Assembly (NCBI GenBank): GCA_030668875.1
Contig: DAOVER010000013.1
Location: 1-32,000, forward strand
From: Candidatus Heimdallarchaeota archaeon
Lineage (GTDB): Archaea; Asgardarchaeota; Heimdallarchaeia; Heimdallarchaeales; Heimdallarchaeaceae
Reading direction: 5' to 3'
Length of the DNA stretch: 32,000 bases
The notes under the pieces were generated by a model. The model did not search any database. It was not told where the DNA came from and saw nothing but the letters and a program-made list of their open reading frames with translations. Shown here in pieces: positions 19,823 to 28,212 of the stretch. A program made the position numbers and the translations under genes. Position 1 is the stretch's first letter. Each line of letters begins with the position of its first letter.

Positions 19823-20710
19823 TTACTCTTTTTTTCGGATTATCCGGTCATCTTCATATCTAGACAGAACTTTCGAAACAATTTCCTCGATAATTTCACT
19901 TTCTGTTTTACTACTTGTTGTTTTACATCTAATTTTTCGAGAATGTACTGCTATTACTCTTTCAATCAGAGTTTGTTCCTCAATTATCTCTTGATTTTCA
20001 TAGAGCTCAACTAAATGAATAGCTCCTCTTACTGTAGAACTCATTTCCAATTCTGGGTGATTAATTGTAGCTTGAACAATTTCACATGAAATAGCAATTA
20101 TTAATCTGTCTGAGGAATTTGTTCTTAGAAATACGATTTCTTTCATCTCTTCAAATGTTTGATGAGAAACATGAATCCAAATACAACGATCATAAAATGC
20201 TTTAGGTAGTGGGTTCGTAGCCACGGTGTCTTCAGGATTATATGTGAAAATTGAGATAAATCCATCTTTAGCGACAATTTCTCCAATTTGAGGAATGGTA
20301 ATTAATTTTTCGTCTAGTGCGGTTAGAACGGCATTTATCGTTTCAGAGGGAGCTCTATTAACTTCATTGTAAAAGAATATTCCTCCATTTTCCATAGCAT
20401 GAGTTAAGGGTCCAGGAATGAATGTTTCGCGGGAAAAACCCTTCTCTAGAACTAATGGGGGGTCGTACCAACCTTTTAACTTAATTGAGGTAAGGTTATC
20501 ATCGCCATCTACCCTAACAAAGGGTCTTTCAAGGGATTGAGCAAGAACTTTAGCCATTTCAGTTTTACCTGTCCCCACAGAACCTTCAATAATGATAGGT
20601 AAACCTTTGCTAATAGCTCTAATCATCAGCTGTAGTTCTTTTTTTCTACCTACAATCAGCTGTGAAATTCTATTTAGAACATTTTTCGAAACTTGATTCG
20701 TTTCAGACAT
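19823..20710 (-). CDS. MoxR-family AAA+ ATPase (CoxD-like)
   Basis: Walker A GSVGTGKT, FIPGPLTHAM, FYNEVNR, NPLPKAFYDR. Confidence 0.85.
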   Translation of the reverse strand: MSETNQVSKNVLNRISQLIVGRKKELQLMIRAISKGLPIIIEGSVGTGKTEMAKVLAQSLERPFVRVDGDDNLTSIKLKGWYDPPLVLEKGFSRETFIPGPLTHAMENGGIFFYNEVNRAPSETINAVLTALDEKLITIPQIGEIVAKDGFISIFTYNPEDTVATNPLPKAFYDRCIWIHVSHQTFEEMKEIVFLRTNSSDRLIIAISCEIVQATINHPELEMSSTVRGAIHLVELYENQEIIEEQTLIERVIAVHSRKIRCKTTSSKTESEIIEEIVSKVLSRYEDDRIIRKKE

Positions 20711-20777
20711 TAAATAGACATAAAGAAAGAGAAATTAAAACTCTTATTGTTTATGTTTTAGAGATAAAAGTTTAGAA

Positions 20778-22157
20778 TTATTTTACTTTGTGAAAACAAT
20801 TCCTTTCTATATATGCGTTAATTTTCCCATCTTCCTTCTCTTCAAATGTGACTGGAGTTTTATTTCCAATTGAGTAGATATAGAATTTATTATCAGTTAA
20901 TTTAGGTTCTTCTGGTATAAGGGCATATTTAACTTTATTTGGACCTGATTCTGTTTCAGCTATAAGCATACCATTCTCGATGAATACCTTGGCTTTTCCT
21001 AATCCTTTATAATTAGTATACTCACCAGAAAATTGTTCCATTTTACTTTGAATTTGGTAATATGGGATTTCTTCTTCAGGATTCTTATTCAAAAGCATAC
21101 TAAGTATTGTTTGGGATATTAAAACACCGGGATTATGACCTACATTTGCTTCTGACACTACTCCTATATTGAGTTCTGGAATAAAAGCGAAATGAGCACT
21201 TGACATTCCTGTCGACCCACCATGTGATATTAGTTTATATCCAAGAAAATCTTCAGAAATTGCTAGACCAAACCCATAACCACTTCTTCCCCAAAAAACA
21301 AGTGGGGTTTCTATCTGAATAGAGAACATCTCTTCAAGCGATTCAGAAGTGACAATTTGCTTTTCTGCAAATTTCCCTTTATTTAAGAACATAGACAGAA
21401 TTTTTGTGAATTCATTTACTGAACTTAGTAAACCTCCAGCAGCATAGATAAATGGATCAAATGGATGCTTTTTAACAATAGGTGTATCTTTTTCTGCAAA
21501 GTAAGCAGTCATTCTATTTTCATCTTTCTCAAAAACATCCCCGAGAAATGTTGATCTATTCATTCCAAGAGGTTTCAGAATATGTTCAGTGATATACTCC
21601 TCATACTTCAGACCACTAACAGCTTCAATAATCTCTCCAAGTAAAGTAAATCCAGAGTTAAAGTAGAAAAATCTTTTCGAAGGTTCATCTACAATCTCTT
21701 CTTTAGCTCCATTGATGAAGGTATAGAAGTCATCTTTGCTAGCAAAAGGTACCCATGTTTCAGTAATAGGAGCATGACGAAGGATTAAAACAGTTGCAGA
21801 TCCTAAATTTGGGATACCAGAGGAATGTGACATCAAATGACGAATATGTATTGGCTTATCATTTGAACCCAACTTGAAAGGGATGTAATTCTTTACTGGA
21901 TCATTAATAGATAATTTTCCTTTTTCTGCAAGTTGCATTATTGCTAAACAGGTAAAAACTTTAGTACATGAACCAACACCAAAAAGAGTATCGGGAGTTA
22001 CAGGTAGATTCTTGTGAATTTCTCTACTTCCAAAACCTTTGGAATAAATTACGTCTTGATCTTTGATAATAGCAAGACTTAAACCTGGAATCTTGTTTTT
22101 TTGCATTAAATTAGCGATTTTTTGTTCAAGTTCTTCCCACATTTCCTTATTAGTCAT
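20778..22157 (-). CDS. Serine hydrolase, beta-lactamase class C/AmpC-like family
   Basis: SxxK (SCTK), YxN (YFN), HGG, LMSHSSG; C-terminal accessory domain. Confidence 0.88.
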   Translation of the reverse strand: MTNKEMWEELEQKIANLMQKNKIPGLSLAIIKDQDVIYSKGFGSREIHKNLPVTPDTLFGVGSCTKVFTCLAIMQLAEKGKLSINDPVKNYIPFKLGSNDKPIHIRHLMSHSSGIPNLGSATVLILRHAPITETWVPFASKDDFYTFINGAKEEIVDEPSKRFFYFNSGFTLLGEIIEAVSGLKYEEYITEHILKPLGMNRSTFLGDVFEKDENRMTAYFAEKDTPIVKKHPFDPFIYAAGGLLSSVNEFTKILSMFLNKGKFAEKQIVTSESLEEMFSIQIETPLVFWGRSGYGFGLAISEDFLGYKLISHGGSTGMSSAHFAFIPELNIGVVSEANVGHNPGVLISQTILSMLLNKNPEEEIPYYQIQSKMEQFSGEYTNYKGLGKAKVFIENGMLIAETESGPNKVKYALIPEEPKLTDNKFYIYSIGNKTPVTFEEKEDGKINAYIERNCFHKVK

Positions 22158-23386
22158 ATAATCATTTTCCTTTTTCTATGTATAATCTGTAAAGACTTTT
22201 TGAAGGGATAATAAAAGTTTTTAGCTGACAATATATGAAAAACAGATAACCAACAACCTTTTAAGAGTTTTAAATCGGATATTTTTTCGAGTTATGATAT
22301 TCAAGAATAAGCGACAAAATACAACAAATTGGTATATGCTTCTAGTGGATACTGTCGCTTTTGGTCCTATTAGATGAACATCAGGATGACCTATCTCATA
22401 ACTCACTTATAATTCTGTCATCATTCTCCTTGGGGTCATTTCTGATATTCTATTCTGAGGTTTTATTCCATCTCTCCTATTGGAGACTCTCGAATTTTCA
22501 CCAATTAGTATCAACTTCTCTTAATAAAATGGAGAGAATATAGTATGAATTCGCAAGTTACACAAAAAGATAGTTCACAAGTGGATGTAGTTCGAAAGAA
22601 TAGTTTACTATTCATATTGTTACGACTAGATTTCATAGCTATGGTTATTCCTGTAAGTGTAAAAATATGGGAAGAAGTTGGTCTTGATTTCAGTCAAATG
22701 CTGTTCCTTCAAGGAATATTTGCTTTCTCAGTAGTTATCTTTGGAATACCAAGCGGAGCATTATCAGATACATTCAAACGCAGATATGTTCTTGCTGGAG
22801 GTTACTTGTTAATAGCAATAGCAAGTGTATGTTATGGATTAGGTAGAAGTTTTGCAGCATTTGCAATAAGTGAAGCAGTATTTGGAATGGGCTTAGCTGC
22901 AATATCAGGATCAGATACAGGATTACTGTATGACACTCTTGCATTTTATGGAAAAGAAAATAGATTTAAGGAGATTCTTGGAAAATCTTCAACTCTTGCA
23001 TTCATAGTTGCAATGGTTTCCTTACCAATTTCAGGTGTCATTGCTCTATACTCACTTAGATGGTCTCTGTTCATAATTGGTATAATCTCCGGAGTTAAAG
23101 TAGTGATAAGTTTACTAATGGTAGAGAAAGAAAGAGTGAAATCACAGAGTATTCAAAAGGCAACGAAGTCAGCACTGAAAACGTTGTACAAATCGAAATT
23201 CCTTATAGGAGTACTATTAGCTTTTATTGCTTTCTCAGTAGCTCAGAGAGTGGCTTTCTGGGCATATCAGCCAAGACTATATAGCAATGGACTAAATCCA
23301 CTGCATGTTGGATTAATCTTTGCTGGGATGAACTTAGTTGCTGCAATAGGCAGTTGGTTATTTGCAAAGATAAAGGAACACCATGA

Positions 23387-23738
23387 TTGTTTCTCCCCAT
23401 TTCTCCCACATTTCTGTTAGCTTTTTATAGGAAAGTCTAATAGAAGTACTGTCTTGAGCCAATGGCTACAGACAAAGCAGAGTCATCTGCTTACTCCCGG
23501 AGCTGGAGTGAGTACCTAAGGTCCTCAGGAACAATGTCTCCAGTAATGAGCCCCGGGGAGGAGATGAACCCGCTCACCTTCGCTAACACTGTGTGTTGGA
23601 GGTGTAATCCCAGAGCTTGAAAATCCCTTTGCTACTGCTTGTTACGATGTTACCTAAATACGTTCTTGGGTTGGGAAGAGTCCTCAAAATTATTTGCTAC
23701 TATCCTTAAGTGGGGAAAGTGGGAAAAATAACTCATGA
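23387..23738. mobile_element. 352-bp ORF-less MITE-like insertion A
   Basis: Direct repeat CATGA at 23382-23386 and 23734-23738. Imperfect 22-23 bp inverted repeats at 23387-23409 and 23710-23731. Removal restores the MFS frame. Confidence 0.85.
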
Positions 23739-23950
23739 AGAATTCTTGTTACTGGGATTCATGATCCTAGAAGTAGTGAGCATATTTGTTCTATGGTACT
23801 TTGATCCATTGATAATTCTAACTACCATGTTTGCAGTACAATTAGCATGAGGAGGAAGAGCACCAATCGTATCAACTGTGATACAGAGGAAAGCTACTTC
23901 GAATCTTAGAGCTACCATTGTCTCAATCTATTCATCAATAGGAAATCTAC

Positions 23951-24307
23951 CGTCGTCCACTGTGTGTCGAAAAGTTGACTAATCTTGCCATAGACGCTTT
24001 AACTGCCTTGGAGGAGATGTAGAGGGGAAAATCACAATATACTTTTTTTTCTACGGGTTTACATATGAATTTTAACATATAATGATAGAGATAGTGTGAT
24101 CTTCATCACTTACCTGTTTCGCAACTACACAAATGGTTGTTCCTCAGTAAACTCTCCATGAAACAGGAAGCCTAGCTAGCTCTGTGATGCTGATGCACTA
24201 ACTATAACGGAAACGTTCTTACGATTCCTTCCCCTCATCGCACGTGTAGGGGACCCACTTAAACGACGGTTAGAAAGCCTCTTGCAAGTTTAACCAAGTT
24301 TCATAAC
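23951..24307. mobile_element. 357-bp ORF-less insertion B, candidate non-autonomous IS110/IS1111-type element
   Basis: 2-nt core AC at 23949-23950 and 24306-24307. Subterminal imperfect IRs at 23969-23988 and 24284-24302 (15/19 matches with one gap). Removal restores the MFS frame. Family assignment is inference. Confidence 0.75.
24095..24302 (+). ncRNA. Putative ~200-nt structured RNA in insertion B (bridge/seek-RNA-like candidate)
   Basis: Stems GTGAT/ATCAC, CCTGTTTC/GAAACAGG, GCAACTA/TGGTTGT, CTAACT/GGTTAG and TCCCCT/AGGGGA. G-U wobbles favour the plus strand. Preceded by a T8 run (24043-24050) and an AT-rich stretch. Confidence 0.4.
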
Positions 24308-24505
24308 GTGCGTATTTCATAGTAAGTCTAGTATTTACTCTGTTCAATACTTCACTATCCGTCTCACTAATTTCAATGCTTATCCTGTCAATTGTAATAG
24401 TAATTGGCTTTGTAGTGCTAGTGTGGATAAATCACAATGGGCAACATAAAACTAAAGCATTAAATTAAAAAAAATTAAATAAAGAGGATTTATCCTCTAT
24501 TTTAC

Positions 24506-25954
24506 TTATTTTTCTGGTTCAATACCAACTTCTTTTAGTATTCTTTTCTCTGGGCGTACGAATAGAACCACAACAAGACCTGCAACCATCAACACACCAA
24601 TTGCAATCATGGCAACAGCATAAGTTTTGAAACCTATGCTAGAATAGAATATCAGAAATACTACTGCCCAAATAGCTGGTCCAATAGATGAGGATATTTT
24701 TCCGCTTAATTTTGAAAAACCAAAATATTCCCCAAATTTTTCTTTAGGAGCAAGTTCAATAATCATATATCTCTGAGCTACCCATGTTCCACCTAATGCT
24801 GGTCCTGTAAGGATGCCCATAAGAAGTACTAAAACAAACGGGAATGACCATTGAGAGAAGTCAAAGAGAGGATCAGGTACTACAACAGGTGCCCAGATGA
24901 ATATAACTAGAACAGCTATAAGCAAGGCAACAAACCATAAGGTACAAACCAAAATGAAGGTGTTTCTAGCTCCTTTTTTATCCGCAAATATACCTATAAA
25001 GTAAGTAAACATAACAGCTGATAATGTCCCAATGATGATGAATATCTGGGAGAATGCAGGATCCATGCCCATTCCATCTCTTACAAGTAAATACATTTGC
25101 ATAACAACAATATTAGCAACCTCGACAATTAAGAAATATCCAATGATAAATTTAAACATCTCTTTGTGACCTTTGATATCCCTGAAAGTCTCTCTAAGTT
25201 GTTTGAATGATCCTTTGATAAGTTCTCCAGCTGGGGGTATTTTGCTTTTTTTCTGCCTTTCTTTGACAAAGATAAATGGAATAGCAAAAACAAGGAATAT
25301 GCCCATTGCAATAAAGAATGTTTGCCACATACCGTAGTAACCATATCCTATGGGGTGGATTATCATATTTCCTGCATCTGTTCTTGAAACAGATATTTCA
25401 CTGTAAGGAGCTCCCCACATACCTTGTAGCATTAACATTACAATTAGACCTATGATGGTTCCAAAGTAACCAAAAGCTACGCCAAACCCTCCAACTTTAC
25501 CAGCATCTTTTGGAGCTGCAATAAAGGGTAACATAGGATCGTAGAATGCTAAACTCCATTGATATGCAATGTTCGCAATAACATAAAGTAACAATACCAG
25601 AGTTATACTATGAGTAAATCCTAAAAGACTAGCAAATAAAAGGATAACTCCTGTTAAGACAATAACAAATGGTTTTCTTCTGCCTGCTGTATCACTTAGA
25701 GCTCCAACTATTGGCATTCCTATCGCGATCAAGATCTGAGTAGCTGTTACAACCCACAAAAAGATAGAGTTAGCTACCGCGTATTCTAAACCTAGTTCCT
25801 TTTGACCAATAATTAGGATATACTGATTAATTATGAGGGAAACTATTACCATGGAATAAACTGTGTTTGCTAAATCATACAAACTCCATGCAAAAACATT
25901 CCATAATGAAGTTTTAGTTTCTAGTTCTACTTCTTCAGATTCTTTTGTAGACAT
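24506..25954 (-). CDS. MFS transporter, UMF1/Atg22-like family
   Basis: WSLYDLANTVYS, GALSDTAGRRKPF, FYDPMLP, GEYFGFSKLSGK; 12-TM pattern. Confidence 0.85.
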   Translation of the reverse strand: MSTKESEEVELETKTSLWNVFAWSLYDLANTVYSMVIVSLIINQYILIIGQKELGLEYAVANSIFLWVVTATQILIAIGMPIVGALSDTAGRRKPFVIVLTGVILLFASLLGFTHSITLVLLLYVIANIAYQWSLAFYDPMLPFIAAPKDAGKVGGFGVAFGYFGTIIGLIVMLMLQGMWGAPYSEISVSRTDAGNMIIHPIGYGYYGMWQTFFIAMGIFLVFAIPFIFVKERQKKSKIPPAGELIKGSFKQLRETFRDIKGHKEMFKFIIGYFLIVEVANIVVMQMYLLVRDGMGMDPAFSQIFIIIGTLSAVMFTYFIGIFADKKGARNTFILVCTLWFVALLIAVLVIFIWAPVVVPDPLFDFSQWSFPFVLVLLMGILTGPALGGTWVAQRYMIIELAPKEKFGEYFGFSKLSGKISSSIGPAIWAVVFLIFYSSIGFKTYAVAMIAIGVLMVAGLVVVLFVRPEKRILKEVGIEPEK

Positions 25955-26021
25955 GATAAATGATTTTTAAGTAGTAGTTTAAAAAAGTATTCCCTCAAAT
26001 AAATAGAATGCACACATCAAT

Positions 26022-27116
26022 TTAAACGTTCCAATATTTATTTAATGCTTTCTTAGTTTGGGCTATCATACTTTTCGATTGTTCAGTCATATCTGTATTC
26101 ATTATCTTGTTTAATTCTACTAAATTCTCTCCTATTAACCCTAAGATAAATTTCTTGCTCACGTCTTTTAGTTGATTCATCTTATATCCTCCTTCCAAAG
26201 TACAACTGATCTTCCCATTACAGAATTCTTCAGCAAATTGGTTGAGCAAGTGTCCAGCTCCCCAAAAAGCGTTCGGAGCTATGTTCATAATTCCAACAGG
26301 ATCCCCCCCTAAAGAATCAAAACCTACTGAAACTAAAATGATTTCAGGTTTAAATTGTTTTAGAATATCTAGACCAAATTGAAGTGAATGTAACCAATCA
26401 CTAGATGTAACTCCTGGAAGCAAAGCTACATTCGCATTGTATCCTTTTCCTTCAGAAACACCTATCTCTGTTGGATATCCAGAACCAGGGTACGAATACA
26501 TTGGATGTGCATGAATGGAAAGATAGAAGACATCTTTGCGATGATAAAAAATGTGAGATGTTCCATTCCCAAAATGGTGATCAATATCGATAATTGCAAC
26601 CTTTTTGTAACCCTTGTTGTTTACTAACCAATTAGCTGCTATAGCAATATTGTTAAAATAGCAGAAACCCCCCGCTGAGTTTGATTCTGCATGATGACCT
26701 GGGGGACGAACGATTGCAAAGCTTCTTTTTGCTTCCCCTTTATCTACTATCTCTGCAGCTTGTTTTGTTGCTCCTGCTGCTAATCGAGCAATATCATATG
26801 TGTGTGGATTGAGTGTTGTATCAATAGTTATCATTCCACCCCCTGCTTCCGATATAGCTTGAATCTTTCTTATTAAATCCACAACATGAACTGACACAAG
26901 CTCTTCTTCTGTTATATACTGTGGTTTATAGAATTTGATTTCTTTTTTACCCTCGTTCTGAATCTCTTTTACTCCTTTAATAATTTCATCTAATCTTGCG
27001 GGTGATTCAGGATGTTCTCGGTCCATTGAATGTTTTTTAAATAATTCAGAGTAGATAACAGCTAAATCAATCATTAGCTTACTGTAAACAGATTCTAAAA
27101 TTAATCTTTTTGTCAA
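26022..27116 (-). CDS. Histone deacetylase-family (Zn-dependent, AcuC/HDAC-like) protein
   Basis: HPESPARL, RPPGHHA, GFCYFNNIAIAA, DIDHHFGNGT, GFD, LEGGY; TTG start. Confidence 0.92.
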   Translation of the reverse strand: MTKRLILESVYSKLMIDLAVIYSELFKKHSMDREHPESPARLDEIIKGVKEIQNEGKKEIKFYKPQYITEEELVSVHVVDLIRKIQAISEAGGGMITIDTTLNPHTYDIARLAAGATKQAAEIVDKGEAKRSFAIVRPPGHHAESNSAGGFCYFNNIAIAANWLVNNKGYKKVAIIDIDHHFGNGTSHIFYHRKDVFYLSIHAHPMYSYPGSGYPTEIGVSEGKGYNANVALLPGVTSSDWLHSLQFGLDILKQFKPEIILVSVGFDSLGGDPVGIMNIAPNAFWGAGHLLNQFAEEFCNGKISCTLEGGYKMNQLKDVSKKFILGLIGENLVELNKIMNTDMTEQSKSMIAQTKKALNKYWNV

Positions 27117-27203
27117 CTTGCTAGAAATTGTGTTGTTTTCTTCGCGTCAAATGTTTTATATATAGGCAAATATGTTCAGTTTCTTATTCAGAAGGTAAGA
27201 CAA

Positions 27204-27731
27204 ATGGTCTTTATAACAGATGTTGGTGTTTCATTTCTTTTTGCTCTGCCGATTTTAGTTGCAAATGCAGTTCCATCAATTTTAGGTGGTGGATATCCTG
27301 TAGATGGATACAAAGTTCTAAAAGATGGTAAAAGAATGTTGGGTGATCATAAAACATTATGGGGATTATTCTATGGAATCTTATCAGGTTTTCTAATAGG
27401 TCTGATAATAAGTGTTTTAGCTAAAGACTTCTTTTGGGATAATTATGATATCCATTATCCCTTCTGGATAGGTGCTCTCATGGGTTTTGGGTGCAATTTT
27501 GGTGATATGTTTGGATCTTTTGTGAAACGAAGAATCAAAATAAAATCCGGTGGTAGTTTTCCCGTTTTTGATCAACTAGGGTATATCTTATTTGGATTAC
27601 TCTGGAGTTGGCCAGTATTTGGAACACTTCCATGGGAATTCTGGTTATCGTTACTTGTTTTCGCTCCATTATTGCATATAACAGCAAATGTTTTTGCGTA
27701 CTCGATAAAAGCAAAGGATGTCCCCTGGTAG
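27204..27731 (+). CDS. carS: CDP-archaeol synthase
   Basis: ANAVP, GDHKTLWG, GDMFGSFVKRR, PVFDQL and C-terminal KDVPW. Confidence 0.9.
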   Translation: MVFITDVGVSFLFALPILVANAVPSILGGGYPVDGYKVLKDGKRMLGDHKTLWGLFYGILSGFLIGLIISVLAKDFFWDNYDIHYPFWIGALMGFGCNFGDMFGSFVKRRIKIKSGGSFPVFDQLGYILFGLLWSWPVFGTLPWEFWLSLLVFAPLLHITANVFAYSIKAKDVPW

Positions 27732-27815
27732 AGATGATAAGGACATGAACTAAAGAGAAAACTTATAAGAAAATTTACTTTAATACTTTCATTCAAAACT
27801 GGTAAAGAAGTTAAA

Positions 27816-28142
27816 ATGATGACTCGTTCTGAAGATAGAATGTGTAAACTTACTTGTAAATCTTTTTCATGCAGTAAAAGAATGCTCAGAATTAAGCAAA
27901 AGAATGGAAACAAGAGTTTTATTTGTGGTTTAGATGATTCTGAATGTTTAGGTTATATGTGTATGTACGCAACGTGTAGAGAAGGCAAATTGAGTGATTC
28001 TGGTAAATGTCGTCGTCCTGTTAAACATGTTCAAAGACCTCAGTCTAAGAAACCAAAAGGACAATTTCCCAGTTATGTTTATCCTACACGTACTGATGTT
28101 GATGAAAAATTCAGAAAGAAACTAGATAGAAAGTCAAGGTGA
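27816..28142 (+). CDS. Small Cys-rich hypothetical protein, probably metal-binding
   Basis: 8 Cys in CKLTCKSFSC...ICGLDDSECLGYMCMYATC...GKC; basic C-terminal tail. Confidence 0.65.
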   Translation: MMTRSEDRMCKLTCKSFSCSKRMLRIKQKNGNKSFICGLDDSECLGYMCMYATCREGKLSDSGKCRRPVKHVQRPQSKKPKGQFPSYVYPTRTDVDEKFRKKLDRKSR

Positions 28143-28212
28143 CGTGCACTGCACGAAATCTTAAATATCTGTTTATACACAGAATCGTATAGAATAAATG
28201 AGATGATATATT

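Larger units (their letters stand above)
22545..24468 (+). pseudogene. MFS transporter pseudogene split by two insertions and an in-frame TGA
   Basis: Segments 22545-23386, 23739-23950 and 24308-24468 join in frame (...KIKEHH|EEFLLLG...QLA*GGRAP...SSIGNL|RAYFIVSL...KTKALN*), giving ~404 codons. MFS loop motif GALSDTFKRR is present. TGA at 23848-23850. Confidence 0.88.

Noticed and set aside
23382-23738. Bridge-RNA guide in insertion A (AGGAACA at 23527-23533 matches the left target flank)
   Set aside because: The 7-nt match stops short of the repeated core, has no partner match and no junction match; compatible with chance.
23848-23850. In-frame TGA as selenocysteine or readthrough
   Set aside because: It lies in a transporter helix where Arg (CGA/AGA) fits, there is no redox motif or recognisable SECIS, and the gene is already broken twice.
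24010-24022. GGAGGAG-ATG-TAG as remnant of a transposase start
   Set aside because: No spacing between the SD-like motif and ATG, an immediate stop, and no recognisable transposase peptide.
24110-24170. Hammerhead-like pattern on the minus strand of insertion B (CCTGT...CTGAGGA-stem-GAAACAGG)
   Set aside because: Stem I cannot form, the pair closing stem II is an A-C mismatch, and the same stems fold better on the plus strand with G-U pairs. A homologue alignment could reopen this.
23387-24307. Insertions as group I/II introns, RNase P RNA, SRP RNA or tRNA
   Set aside because: No group II domain V or correct GUGYG...AY ends. TAGGAAAGTCT resembles RNase P CR-I but no CR-V follows. No SRP helix 8, cloverleaf or clear group I core.
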